A stretch of DNA of 63,424 nt, filler included, from Octopus bimaculoides (GCF_001194135.2; 4 parts of 4 records of this genome joined end to end with filler, not necessarily neighbours in it); one strand, 5' to 3'. Counted from the whole stretch's first letter, positions 38,004 to 51,372 are shown. The notes: a model not told the origin generated them from the letters alone. Numbers and translations: made by a program.

Positions 38004-38372
38004 AGGTACATGACACTGCTGTCCCCTGTCCCAGGGTCTCATGGGCCCACACCTTCCACACCCTCAGGGTTGGCACTCTCAACGTCAGCACACTGAAAGG
38101 TAGGTCTGATGGGATTGTTGAGATGCTTCAACGGAGATGTGTCGATTTCTGCTGCCTCCAAGAAGTAAGGTGGAGAGGAGGTTCTGCTAGGTTCCTCACA
38201 GGCAAAGAACACAGGTACAAGATTTTCTGGTCAGGGAACACTGACTGGGTCGGGGGCGTTGGTATACTTCTTGCAGAGAAATGGGTTGATAAGGTAATCG
38301 AGGTAGTCAGAGTATGCGACAGAATACTTAAGATTAGATTAGTGCTACATCATGGGTTAGCAACCATTATAT
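38004..38372 (+). mobile_element. RTE-clade LINE APE endonuclease fragment
   Basis: LRVGTLNVSTLKGRS...CCLQEVRWRG...GGVGILLAEKW...DRILKIRL (N-V and QE-x-RW motifs). Confidence 0.9.
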
Positions 38373-38409
38373 TTTGTTTCTTATTTTTCAGGCTTTTAGA
38401 CTGGTAAGG

Positions 38410-39175
38410 AAAATTCAAAATTGCTACCCTCTTAGAGTTATGTCAAACATAAAGAGTAGTGATTGAACTTCTTGTTGCTGAGGATGAAACCCCTGTGAAC
38501 ATTCAATGAAGATTACAAAATGTCTTTGAGAACAATATTTTAGATTATAGCAATGTATGCAGATGGGTCTGTCGTCTGAAAGATGAAAAGATAGGAACTG
38601 TGAGTGTAGCTGATAAACCCCATTCTGGCCGTCCGTCCGTCCACTTCTGTGAATCCTGCCAATAAAGCAAAAACAGATGCTCTGATCAGAGAAAACAGGT
38701 GCATAACTCTTGATGAATTGGCAGAAAACCTTGAAATGAGCCATGGAAGTGCTTACAACATTGTCGAATCACTTGGCTTTTCAAAAGTGTGTGCCCATTG
38801 GGTACCTAGAGAGCTGGCTGCCAAACACAAGACTGACAGGGTCATTACCTGAAATCACCAGATTTAGCGCCATCAGACTATCATCTCTTTGGCTCCATGA
38901 AAGAGGGTTTGAGAGGCAAACATTATTCCAGTGACAAGGAAGTGAAAACTGTAGTGAAGAATTGGCTCAAAGAACAGTCAACAGAATTTTACGAGGCAGG
39001 GATACATGCTCTCATTCGAAGGTGGAACATTGCTATTGAGAGAAACGGTGACTATGTTGAAAAGTAGGGATGTGATCCACAGAGGACTAGCTTCATTTTG
39101 ATGTACGATACATGTTCCTGTGTTGGTAATTATACCTGTCCTAAACAAAATGGCATTACTTTTTGACTCACCCTC
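38410..39175 (+). mobile_element. Internally deleted mariner transposon (pseudogenised transposase)
   Basis: HTH region (..DKPHSGRPS..ENRCITLDELAENL..VCAHWVPREL) joined at about 38850 to SPDLAPSDYHLF...NGDYVEK* (stop 39065-39067); the middle of the DDD domain is missing; 3' TIR ttactttttgactcaccctc. Confidence 0.9.
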
Positions 39176-39243
39176 CACATGGTTACCAACCACATGGTTA
39201 CCAACCACATGGTTCCGGGCTCAGCCCCTCTGTGTGGCACATA

Positions 39244-39401
39244 GGCGCAGGAGTGGCTGTGTGGTAAGAAGTTTGCTTCCCAGCTACATGGTTCTGGGTT
39301 CAGTCCCACTGCATAGCATCTTGGGCGAGTGTCATCTACTATAGCTTTGGGCCAACCAAAGCCTTGTGAGTGGAATCAGTAGATGGAAACTGAAAGAAAC
39401 C

Positions 39402-39469
<68 letters not shown>

Positions 39470-39690
39470 TGTGTATATGTTTGTGTGTCTGTGTTTGTCT
39501 CCCCCACCATCACTTGACAACCGATGTTGGTGTGTTTATGTCCCTGTAACTTAGCAGTTTGGCAAAAGAGACCAATAGAATAAGTACCAGACTTTAAAAA
39601 TAAGTACAGGGTTCAATTTGTTTGGCTAAAACCCTTCAGGATGATGCCCCAGCATGGCCACAGTTCAATGACTGAAACAAGTAAAAGATA
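39244..39690 (+). mobile_element. SINE family A
   Basis: Full head-to-tail match to the family A consensus. Confidence 0.75.
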
Positions 39691-40479
39691 GAAAGTAACT
39701 TTTGTGGAATGGCAGAAATAGCCAAACACTGGACTAAAGTGCATGTATTATTTGATAATATCTGAGTTTATTTTAAGGTTGTGAACTGAGAAAATTGTTA
39801 GCACGATGGGCAAAATGGATGGCAGCATTTTGACTGTCTTCATGTTCTGAGATCAAATACCACAGAGGTTGATTTTGCCTTTTATCCTTCCGGGTTGAGC
39901 ACTGGAGATGAGGTAATCGACCTACTCCCTACCCACCACCACCACCACCACCACCAAATTAATTGACCTTGAGCCAAAATTGGAAAATAACCTTTTTTTT
40001 TTCTTTTGTGTTTAAATTCAGCTGCAGCCAACTTTTTGTTTATCCTTTCAAAGTTGATAAAATAAATAAATACCAGTGATTTATTAATGTCAATCAATTA
40101 TTTGTCATCACTATCTCTACTCATGCTTTTCATGTAAAATCCTGCTTAGATCTACTTGGCTCCTTTCATCTCTTACTGAATGTGTGGGAAGATTTTGGTA
40201 AGTAAATTACAAGCGATGTTATTGGAGTCAATTATATTGCTTAGTGCTTCAAAACTGGGCTTGTACCAGGTCAAATTAAATAATTTACATTATAATCTCT
40301 TTTAATCATGTTTGGCATGCAGATCTCCTATTGAGAGGTCACCCGTTCTCTTTTCTCAGATCAGTAATCACAACATTACAGAGGTCTTTCTATTTTTCAC
40401 TCTAGCACCTCCAGCGTACCCCAGGGTTTAGCCTTCTACCCCCACCCACCCATACCCCACTCTCTTTCAACAATACATC

Positions 40480-40800
40480 AATGACCTACTTTGCCATCAG
40501 ATCTAACAAATCCTCTTTTTATGAAGATGATATGGCTTTTCATTCTTCTCTAATCTTCCCCCATCCATGTGTCATCCTCTCGCAATCCAGAAAACCACAC
40601 TTCAAACCTGCATTGATTCCTCCAATGGGGACATGCCAATCTTGTCTCTTTCAACAGCAACAAAATACAAACATTACTCATATAAAAAAAACAACCTATT
40701 TTGCCATGCCCCACCTAATTATGAAAAAACTAGCAACAAGATCTTCCATATTAATTCTAAATACCTGATTTCATTGTCACACCATGATTGTCTCTTGGTA
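40480..40800 (+). mobile_element. Degenerate CR1/L2-group RT fragment
   Basis: FYEDDMAF (decayed YADD); similar to the 42900-43260 fragment. Confidence 0.45.
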
Positions 40801-41208
40801 AAAGCATATCTATAACATAGCAAGGATTACATCCCAACAACTGGTCTTTCTCTTCAGATCCTAAGAAACATTTCCTCCCACATGTAGAACAGTGCTTCTA
40901 AACTACATAAAAACATTCACAGATATTCTCCAGCCCCTGTTTCCTCTTTCTGAATTTTCTACCACTACTATGACTTCTGTTCCTTGGTATGGGATAGGCT
41001 TTTGCCACATCTACTCAGCAATTTTAAACCCATTTCAGTCACTTTTTCTGATCATTTTTCATCAGTGTTTAACATCCGCTTTCCATGCTGGTATGGGCTG
41101 AATGGTTTGACATGAAGGTGGCCAGCTGGAAGCTGTCCCAACACCAACTGTCTGTTGGGGTATGGTTTCTATGGCTGGATGCCCTTCCTAATGTCAACCA
41201 CTTAACAG

Positions 41209-41440
41209 AGGCGGTGAGCTGGCAGAAACGTTAGCAAGCTGGGCGAAATGCTTAGCGGTATTTCGTCTGCTGCTATGTTCTGAGTTCAAATTCTGCCGAG
41301 GTCAACTTTGCCTTTCATCCTTTTGGGGTCGATTAAATAAGTACCAGTTACGCCCTGGGGTTGAAATAATCAACTTAACCCATTTGTCTGTCCTTGTTTG
41401 TCCCCTCTGTGTGTAGCTCCCCGTGGGCAGTAAAGAAATA
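41209..41440 (+). mobile_element. Full-length SINE family B nested in a family C element
   Basis: Host sequence ...ccacttaacagag is interrupted and resumes as agagtatgctggatgc after the SINE tail. Confidence 0.75.
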
Positions 41441-41606
41441 AGAGTATGCTGGATGCTTTTTACATGTCACCAGCATGAGCATGTTTACGCAGTGCTGGCA
41501 CAGTTGCGTTAACACAGCACTGGCACAGATGATTTTTAAGTGGCACAGGCACCTGAAAGGACAAGCCTGTATATATGGAAGACAGTGACTTTACTTAGGT
41601 AGACAG

Positions 41607-41927
41607 TAGGGTGGAGTGAAAATAAAAAATTGTAAAAATTGAAAATGCTGGTGGGCTAAAATTTTGCTATATTTGATTACTAGAAAAATGCTAAATTTTC
41701 GCTGAGATCAATCAAGGGCATTTACTCCCTCACGCCCCCTAAACTCCGCAAATGGGGAATTTTTGTAAATTTTTTACAATAGCGGAGTTTGTAGGGTTTG
41801 AGGGAATAAATGTTCTTGACTGATCTAAATGAAAATTTAACATTTTTCTCATAATCAAATATAACAACATTTTTTTAGTTCTCAGGTATTTTCAATTTTC
41901 ACAATTTTTTATTTTGACTCCCACCTA
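41607..41927. mobile_element. Almost fully palindromic MITE, probably hAT
   Basis: Arms pair along nearly the whole length; ends TAGGGTGG...CCACCTA; flanking 8-mers GTAGACAG / CTAGACAG (7 of 8 identical). Confidence 0.7.
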
Positions 41928-42334
41928 CTAGACAGTGGTTTTGTCCCATTTCCCAGTCTCCACAGTAAATACTTTTCCCAGTCCTTTGAATATCATCCCC
42001 TTGGAACTACCTCCCTGCTCTTCTCTTTTCTGAAGGTGTCGACTAGCAATGGTTCAACAGAAACCATTTGTACCGGTGCTACATGCCTCAAAGTGCCTGC
42101 AAAGGCCGTTAGTCACAGCTTCTTCCTCCGCACCCAGTAAGCAAAAAAGAAAGAAAAAAAGAAAAAGGACTATGATCAAAAGCATTCCATCTATGCCCCT
42201 CCCATCTAGGACATTTTCTAGTCTGCCATTTGCTTTTATTAGATGATAGGTGTTACTTTCAGAAAGAGTTAGCTGTTATTTTTAGCAGGTAAACCACCTC
42301 ACAAAACAGGCAGTTCCCTGCTGCTGCTACTACA

Positions 42335-42379
<45 letters not shown>

Positions 42380-42652
42380 GCTACTGCTATTGCTACTGCT
42401 ATTGCTGCTGCTGCTGCTACAACTATTGATGTTGTTATTGTTGTATCACTTCAACATCTTCAACAGCTGTATGATGTTGAGATTGCTAATTGAAGAAACA
42501 ATATTAAAAGTTTTGATTCAGGTTTCATTATTGAATACTATCCCTAAATTTGGGCTGAGTTTTTATTTTTCTTGAAATTTTAAAATAGTAAAACTATTTT
42601 ATGACTTTTTTTTTTTGAGGAACTTAAGAAAGCATAATAGAATTTTCTATTA

Positions 42653-42702
<50 letters not shown>

Positions 42703-42899
42703 CGATGACGATGACGACGACGACGATGATGGTGGTGGTGGTGGTGGTGGTGGTGATGATGATGATGATGGTGGTGGTGGTGATGGTGGTTGTGATGATG
42801 ATGATGATGGAAGTATTAATGTCATTCTAAGTTCTCCAGGAATTATATTGATTTCTTTAAACAATAATTTTCATGCAGTTAAAAATGCATTTTAGAAAA

Positions 42900-43260
42900 T
42901 AGATTGAAAGACAGTGATGAGTTCCTATTGATTGCATCTTTGGGACATGTGCTGATGGCACTCTATGACCCATATTCTATCAACTCTGATGTGCCACAGG
43001 GCTTGGTTTTGTTTCCATACTGTCACCTCCAACAACACCCTGCTTACTATGACTTACTCCAACAACATCCATTCCTACTTAGATGATACCAACTTTTGTT
43101 CTTCCCTAATGTTCTACACCCAATTGTCTCTTCTATATGTCAAATCTCTACTTACTCATGAACAACCACTTTGAAAACATTCCAATGGAGTGACGCCAAT
43201 CTTGTCTACTTCAACAGCATAAAGACATAATCACTACATTATTACATCCCATCATGCCCT
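42900..43260 (+). mobile_element. Degenerate CR1/L2-group RT fragment
   Basis: INSDVPQGLVLFP and IHSYLDDTNF resemble SGVPQGSVL and YADD motifs. Confidence 0.6.
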
Positions 43261-43835
43261 AAACATTAATTTCAAATTTTGGCACAGGACCAACGACCCC
43301 GGAGGAGAGGTAAGTGAATTTCATCAACCCCAGTGCTCAAATGGTACTTACTTTATTGATCCTGAAAGGATGAAAGGAAAAGCCGGCCTCAGAAGAATTT
43401 GAATTCAGAAAATAAAGATGAACAAAATTCTGGTAAGCATTATGCCTGGTGTGCTAACGGTTCTGCTGGTTCACCGTCTTATCAATGTATTTTATTTGAT
43501 GCTCAAACGAATGTGTCAATCAAGCCCTCACATTTCATCTTAAATATTGATTTAAAATTTTGGCACAAGACCAGCAATTTCAAGGGGTGGAGAAATAAGT
43601 TGATTACATCAACCCCAGTAACAGCACAGAGTGTGAGCCAACAAGGTCACTACAAGTGAAAGCCCTGATAAAAATCTCTCTCTCCCTCCTAGTGACTTCA
43701 CATCCTCAACATACCAAAAACTTACATCACAAAGACTGACTCTTCTCTTTGCTGTCAGAAAATACTTCAGCTCCTAACAGCTATTAGCTCTGCTAAGATC
43801 CATAGAGAAATACTCCATATTAAAATGGTAATTAG

Positions 43836-44500
43836 AAAATTACTATTTTTAAATCTCACAACGAGAGATATTCAGCAACAGTACTTTGTAGTAAAGATTT
43901 TTTGCCAGCATAACATGGCAGTCCTGGTTTAGGACGAATGTTGCTGTAATTTAGCCCCAGGAGACATCATCTCCAGCTGGCTATATGACACAATCTGTGT
44001 CCTTAAGGCAGCGAACTGGCAGAATTGTTAGCGTGCTGGGCGAAATGCTTAGCAGTATTTCGTCTGCCGTTACATTCTGAGTTCAAATTCCGCCGAGGTT
44101 GACTTTGCTTTTCATCCTTTCGAGTTCGATAAATTAAGTACCAGTTATGCACTGGGGTCGATGTAATCGACTTAACCCCTTTGTCTGTCCTTGTTTGTCC
44201 CCTCTATGTTTAGCCCCTTGTGGGCAATAAAGAAATAACAATCTGTGTCCTTATATTTTCGAACAAGGAAATCTAGCACCACCACTCAGCTCAAAACAAT
44301 ATCTGTGTACCGGAAATCGCAATACACAGATATTGTTTTGAGCTGAGTGGGGATACTACATTCCCTTGTTCAAAAGTATAAGGAGACAGATCGTGTCGTA
44401 TAGCCAGCTGGAGACGGTGTCTCCTAGGGCTAAATTACAGCAACATTAGTCCTAAACCAGGACTGCCATGTTATGTTGGCAAACAATCTTTACTTTAAAG
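43836..44500. mobile_element. Palindromic MITE (single arms also at about 1-110, 3140-3230, 33110-33290)
   Basis: Long imperfect inverted arms plus a central perfect 28-bp inverted repeat (44282-44309 / 44323-44350) around a 13-nt loop. Confidence 0.8.
44006..44237 (+). mobile_element. Full-length SINE family B with perfect 16-bp TSD
   Basis: ACAATCTGTGTCCTTA at 43990-44005 and 44238-44253. Confidence 0.9.
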
Positions 44501-44578
44501 TGTTGATGTTACATACACACACATAATACACATGTACATACATACATACGTATGTATGTATGTATGTATGTATGTATG

Positions 44579-44613
<35 letters not shown>

Positions 44614-47600
44614 ATGTATATATGCATATATATGCATATATATATGTGTATATGTATGTATGTTTGTATGTATGAATGTATGTATGTATATGTTGATATC
44701 GCAAGACATTGTACATGAGCACCAGCATCATGTGAGCAATGTTTCTTGTTCCCAGTCTTTCATGAGAAACATATCCGGCCATGGATAGATATTACCTTAT
44801 TTGGAAATAAGTATGGGTTGGTAACAGGAAAGGCATCCAGCTATAGAAAGTCTGCCTCAACAAATTCCATCTGACCGAGGCAAGCATGGAAAAGTGGACA
44901 TTAAATGACGGTTGTGATGGCGGGGACGGCAAGAGTGACAGCAGCAGCAGCAGCGGTGGTGGTGGTGGTGGAGGAAGAGCAGTGGAGAGCATAGCATTAT
45001 TGCTTTCTGTTTTGGTAAGTGCTTACATCATACGTTGCCTGTTCTCATTTGGCAGTGTTTGCATATTGTTTGTTTTATAAATATAACTTCTTATTTCATC
45101 ATGTCTGTGTCCACACACACACACACACACTTACACATTCTGACTAGCTCAACACCCAGACAGTCTGAGACATGTGGTCACATGTTTTCTGTTGTTCATT
45201 GCACAATTGGTATTTATTGACTCCAACTTAATAACATTTTTACAAGTATTTCTCTTTTTTTTTTGTTTCGAGGCTTCTCCAAGCAAGAAACCATGATTGA
45301 GAATCCCAAATGAATGTTCTTAGAACCGTTTCTATTTAAAGTTTCTAATTAAGTATAATATCTGCCCCATCTCCAACAAAGAAATAATAATAATAATCAT
45401 CATCATCATCATCATCGTTTAACGTCCGCTTTCCATGCTGGCATGGGTTGGACGATTTGACAGAGGACTGGTGAACCAGATGGCTACACCAGGCTCCAAT
45501 CTGATTTGGCAGAGTTTCTACAGCTGGATGCCCTTCCTAACACCAACCACTACGAGAGTGTAGTGGGTGCTTTTATGTGTCACTGGCATGAAGGCCAGTC
45601 AGGCGGTACTGGCAACAGCCACGCTCAAAATGGTGTATTTTACGTGCCACCTGCACAGGAGCCAGTCCAGCGGCACTGGCAACAATCTCACTCAAATGAC
45701 TTTTCACGTGCCACCAGCACAAGTGCCAGGAAGGCGATGCTGGTAACAATCACGCTCAAATGGTGCTATTTACGCTTGATCACGCTGGCAATGATCACGC
45801 TTGGACGGTGCTGTTAGCGCTCCACTTGCACAAGTTCCAGTCATTGAATTTGGTTAAATTACGATTTTGATTTCACTTGCCCCAACAGGTCTTCACAAGC
45901 AGAATTTAGTATCCAATGAAGGAAAGGTACATATAAGTGGGCTGGCTACACCACTGGCAGAGGCCTCGGATTATGGTCTCACTTGGCTTGCCAGGTCTTC
46001 TCATGCACTGCCTATTTCCAAAGGTCTCAGTTACTTAAGAATAGGATATCAGTTAAAGGAGATTTGGTTGTTATTTCTAGCAAGTCAATATTGATGTTAA
46101 TTGTTGGTAAGATTAATGTGATAATTTGTGGCAGAGTTAATAATGAGCTGCTGTAGTTTTTAATTTCATTTCACTCCTCTTGATACATTTTAATTTTAGA
46201 ATATGCATGTGTGTGTATGTGTGCACACGTGTGTGCGTGTGTGTGTATTGTTTATTTTTCTATATTTCTACTAACCAAGAATAGGTTATCAGAACAGGTT
46301 ATAACATAGGAAACAACAATTGTTTTGATTTGAAGATTCCAATAACAAACTAGTGTCAGCTGTTACTGGTAAAACTTCTCTTGTGTCTTTATTATGGGTG
46401 AAAGTTCAAAGTGTAAGTAAACATAATGGAATTGTCTCAATCTATCAACAGAACAATTAATATTTTTCTTCTATAGAGAGAGGGAGAGAGAAAAGCAATA
46501 TGATGTCTGTAGTAATGTTTGGACATACATATCAACCTATATATTCCACCTATTTTATGTTCAAACAAACCAAAGCCAGACACTACCTCACACATTTACA
46601 ATGTCATTCTAAATATAAACAAACACATCACAAGAATATTGCAACTATGATAAAATATATGATGAATTCAAAAACAATTTGAATGAATAAACATTACATT
46701 TGACTGAGTAATTTGAATGCTGAAGGTCATATCCAATCCAAATATTGTACCGGCTTTATGTTTAAACTGGCTGGATCCAGCCTCTCACACCTACCTTACA
46801 ATGTCATTCTAAAATATATTCACATCATTGAAATCTCAAAGCTATGAGATAATACATAATTAATTCAAAACTGTAAATAAATAAGCTTTACGTTTGACAA
46901 ACTTCTTGACTTGTTAGTTCCATGCTATTGCTTGATGGGGCTGGAGGTCATTCCAAGTTAGTGGTCCCGGAAGCATCATCATGCATACAGGCAACCAAGT
47001 CCACTGCAACAGAGCCAACAATGTTCTTTTTGTGTTGGTTCTTGAAAATTCAAACATTATTATATATTCTAAAGAACTTATCATCATACAGTTGTTACAT
47101 CCTATATTCCACCAACTTTTACACCTGCTTCTTGTTGCATGATAGATTTTAATATGCCTCTGCTTCCTCCACCTCTATCTTCTTGGAGTTCCCAGCTCTA
47201 ATATTACAAAATGGGCTTCTTCGGCAATATGCCATGCTTGAGTAGAGAAGCCATCAAGACAAGTGAAATCATACATAAAAGCACCCATTACACTCTCAGA
47301 GTGGTTGGCATTAGGAAGGGCATCCAAACTGTAGAAACCATACCAAATCAGACTGGAACCTGGTGCAGCCCCTCGGCTTGCCAGCCCTGATCAAACTATC
47401 CAACCCATGGACAACAGACTTTAAATGATGATGATGATGATGACCAGAGGTGATTTGAATGTTGAACAATGATATATTAACACTTGATACAAGACAATGT
47501 GATATATAGCATGCATAATTTGCAGCAGCAAACAGCTAAGCAAACATATTGAAGAAATGATTATTAAGTCAAAAGTTAAAAACCATTCTCAGCCTTTGCT

Positions 47601-48064
47601 AAACCTGAATACAGGACATAGGAGTTATATATAAATATTGCAAGGTATTTTGTCCTGTACTCACTCTTATACACTACTTGTTTTTTTTCTTTTCTTTTCT
47701 TTTTTTCGTTATATATATCTTAACCCTTTTATTACCAAGAGAGATAATAATTACATATATAACATGTATGTATATGATACATGTATAATCCAAAACCACA
47801 TTAAAGTACAAATTCAAAACCAAAGAAAACACAAACATGAGTGAAGAAAGAAAAAACAAAGAAGAAGAAAGAGGAAAAAGAAGAAAGAAAAAGAAAAACA
47901 TCAATTCAACACCACAAGGTTTGATGGAACCTAATGAAGCAAGCCAACACACTCATGACATTGCAGGTAATGGCAAGGCTGAGGCACTTGAACAGCCAGG
48001 CACCCTCAAGGGCATCACCTGATACCTTTGTGAGGCAAGCCACCAACTATGACAAGATCTTCAC

Positions 48065-48383
48065 TTATTTACATTTGATGGATATTTGTCCTCATCTTGT
48101 TTGTTGTTAAATACAACATTTCGGCTGATATACCCTCCAGCCTTCATCAGGTGTCTTGGGGTAATTTCAAACCTGGGTTCTCATTCATAAGGTATTTTTC
48201 AGTGTTATTATTATTCTTATTTAGGTCTCTGCCTGGAATCGAACTCAGAATCTTGGGGTTAGTAGCCCATGCTCTTAACCACTACGCCATATGCCCACAG
48301 GCATATGGTGCAGTGGTTAAGAGCATGGGCTACTAACCTCAAGATTCCGAGTTTGATTCCAGGCAGTGACCTGAATAATAATG

Positions 48384-48428
<45 letters not shown>

Positions 48429-48565
48429 TCGAAAAATACCTTAGGAATGAGAACCCAGGTTCGAAATTACCCCAAGACACTTGATGAAGGCTGGAGGGTA
48501 TATCAGCCGAAACATTGTGTGAACAATGAACAAGATGAGGACAAATATCCATCAAATGTAAATAA
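48065..48565. repeat. Head-to-head inverted duplication of a tRNA-headed element with a Penelope-like tail
   Basis: Arms 48065-48295 and 48300-48565 around a 4-nt loop (caca); tRNA-like A/B boxes, (AAT)n, then a (C)TGATGAAGGCTG..CAGCCGAAA motif. Confidence 0.8.
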
Positions 48566-48589
48566 TGTAAATAATGTACAATATTCCTC

Positions 48590-50175
48590 ATCTCAAGAAC
48601 TTCCCTGTTGGCAGCCCAGCTCCTCCAAACATCCCAAATGCCACAGGCTGGAAGAAATGGTTCACTAACAAGTCCTGACATTTTAGGATGTTGTTCCATT
48701 CATCTACATAAGCAATGACTCTTCCATTTACAGCAGCATCCAGGATGTGGGAAGGAGCAAAGAAGTCACAGATTGTGATGTCCCGGATGAGGCACTTATC
48801 TCTTACCCAGGGACAAAGGGTAAGACCATTTAGTCTCTTTCCATCACTTTTGGATAATCCCACCAGCTCCAAGATTGGAGAGATATTAATCTGAGCCAGG
48901 GCCTGCTTAATGATTAGGGTTAGCTTGGTGGGACAAGCAAAACAACCAGTATTTAGGTGGAAAGACAAACCATGAAGGCCTGTGGAGTTGAGGGACCTAC
49001 CACAGCAATATCTTGGTTCCCTGTAGACATTGGCTCCCACTCTGAGTGCAATGGAGATGCGGAGCTCATCCAGACCATGTAGACCACCAATGTTGGCAGG
49101 GCCTCAATCCAGTCCCTCAAGAATTTTGCACTTGCAGAAAGTAGGTGATATCTTGAAAATTGATCAGATTGATTAAGGAGAGAGAGTTGAAAGTAGCACC
49201 TGAGTGCAGATTGTGCCATACTCTCTCTTCTTTCATCTATGCTCAGCTATATTGGGAACTAACAAATCCAGCTCGCTCCACTGCAAGAGAGCTTCATCCA
49301 TCCCTATGTTGGAACTCGTCTATGTTGGAAAGGAGAGAAAGTTACCTACTGAAAGGAAGCAAGCATGGGTGGAGGAAACAAAAACAGGAAAGCGATAGAG
49401 ATGAGCAAGCCAAGACAAACCTAGACCCTCAACCCCAGGCAAAGTAGCCTGGTGGTGGGACTCTAGAGAGAATCTGACATTGACAAAGCATTTGAGTTCC
49501 CTGAAGATTAGGTTGTCAAGACATCGGAGAGATGATGAGAATCTATAAGAGGGACTAATTCTGAGAAAATACAATAACTTAGGAATCAACAAGTAATTCA
49601 TAAGTATTAAAAAACCTTGATGGGGTTCAATTACCTCAAGGCTTTTTAAAAGTTGCTCCATGTTAGCCATCTTGGATCGAAATATGAACTCAGAATCTTG
49701 GTTTGTAATTGGGGCTCCAAGAGAGCACCACGCTGATGAAGGAGGATCTGCGATAGAGGGGAAGGAGTCTGTAAACAGGTTTACAGTCTACTGATGTGAA
49801 GCTCGATGGTTGAGGAGCCAGAGCTTGCATTTAGGACTATTGACACTAAGTCCCTTTATGACCAAGTTCCTCAATCATTGTCCTTACAGCTGCAAGGTTT
49901 TTATGAGAAGGACCCCAAACAAGCATCATAAATATACCAGACATTCGAGTCCAGGTCAGTTCCCATCTCGGTAACATCATCAATACCCAATGCAAATAGA
50001 GCAAGTCTGAGTGGGGGAACCTGTTGGACTCCAGAGGCAGATGTGACAGGAGAGCTTTCCTGTCACCAAAAGTGTGACAGGAGAGCTCCTGATAAGCTTG
50101 CCAAGCAAAGTATTAGAGCTGTGGGGCATTCTCCCCTACTGCATGGGGGATGACATCCCAACTGATGGAATCAAA
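48590..50175 (-). mobile_element. Degenerate CRE-clade non-LTR retrotransposon (RT plus restriction-like endonuclease)
   Basis: FDSISWDVI..FAWQAY; SASGVQQ..LFALGID..NVWYLYDA (decayed YLDD); IPKLLYFLRISP; LHGLSF..GLSKSDGKRLNGLTLCPW..DITICD (decayed RPDG...WD). Confidence 0.8.
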
Positions 50176-50828
50176 CTTTACTTAGTGGGATACAAGACAA
50201 AACTACATCTATAAAAAAAAAATCTGCAAATTATTCTTGTGCCAACTGCAGCCATTTAAATTATATGGAAAATTATTATCCACAGTAAGTGAGCTTTCTG
50301 TTTTGTTTTTATACAAAACAGTATAATGTACCTTGTTATTTAACTCTGGGGATATTTTTGTTGAAGTAGTCAAATAAATAATGTCCTCTTAAACTTGACC
50401 TTTCCATGTTTTTAAAGGTATCTAGGATTACCATATCTGATTTGCCCTTTATTTATTATTTTAAGAAGGTAAAACAAGATTTAACTCTTCAACATTCAAC
50501 ATTACTCTGTCAAATGTACTGCTTATTCACATTGTTTTGAATTATGCATTATCTCACCACTTTAAAATTACAATGATTTAGTAATATTTTTTAGAATGCC
50601 ATCATAGAATAGGTGTAAGAAGCTGAATCTGGCTAGTTTGAACATAAAACAGGTGTTTGAACATAAAACAGGTGTTTGAACATAAAATACATAGGGAATA
50701 TTTGATTTAAATGCTAAAGGGTTAAAATGGTGAAAGGAGGAAGAAGGAATTAATCTACTGCAGGTTTAATAAATAAGATATTATATATGCTCAAAGATAA
50801 GGAATTTTAGTTTGCTGAAATAGCTGAA

Positions 50829-51272
50829 AGTTATTTAACCTTTTCAATACCAACCTGGCTGAGATCAACCTCTGGCTCTGTAGTACAAATGTCTTGTTTT
50901 CAAAAGTTCTGAATTAAAATCTTCTACCAAACCTCAATCACAATTTATGTTCATAACACTAGCTTAATGATAACTAATTTATTTTACTAAATTGTTTGTT
51001 ATATTTAAAATTAATAGAAAGAAATGCAGAACATCTCAACAGAAATATGATAACAAAATGGTTAAAATATATAATAGAGAAGCAATTCTTAACCCTTTTG
51101 ATACCAACCTGGCTGAAATCACCTCTGGCTCTGTAGTATGAATGTCTGTAGTATTCATAAGTTCTGAATTGAAATCTTCCACCAAACCTTAGTCACAATT
51201 TATGTTCCTAACACTAGCTTAATGATAACTAAGTTATTTTACTAAGTTCTTTGTTATATTTAAAATTAATTG
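50829..51272 (+). mobile_element. Two adjacent copies of a ~235-bp TTAACC...GGTTAA-bounded MITE (second truncated by gap)
   Basis: About 50835-51065 is repeated from about 51088 with substitutions; a different MITE with similar ends lies at about 50480-50725. Confidence 0.6.
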
Positions 51273-51372
51273 NNNNNNNNNNNNNNNNNNNNNNNNNNNN
51301 NNNNNNNNNNNNNNNNTTAATTAATTAANNNNNNNNNNNNNNNNNNNNNNNNNNNNNNNNNNNNNNNNNNNN
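51273..51372. other. Assembly spacer N44-TTAATTAATTAA-N44
   Basis: Same artificial structure. Confidence 0.95.

Noticed and set aside
37992-38407. Exonisation of the RTE endonuclease via the ttttcag acceptor just upstream
   Set aside because: No donor or host gene links to it; insufficient evidence from sequence alone.
40150-40197. Plus-strand mini-exon candidate (DLLGSFHLLLNVWEDFG, gtaagt donor)
   Set aside because: Weak acceptor, no partner exons, no recognisable homology.
48300-48372. tRNA gene
   Set aside because: The B box is degenerate, the acceptor stem does not close, and it continues into a repeat body; treated as a SINE-like head.
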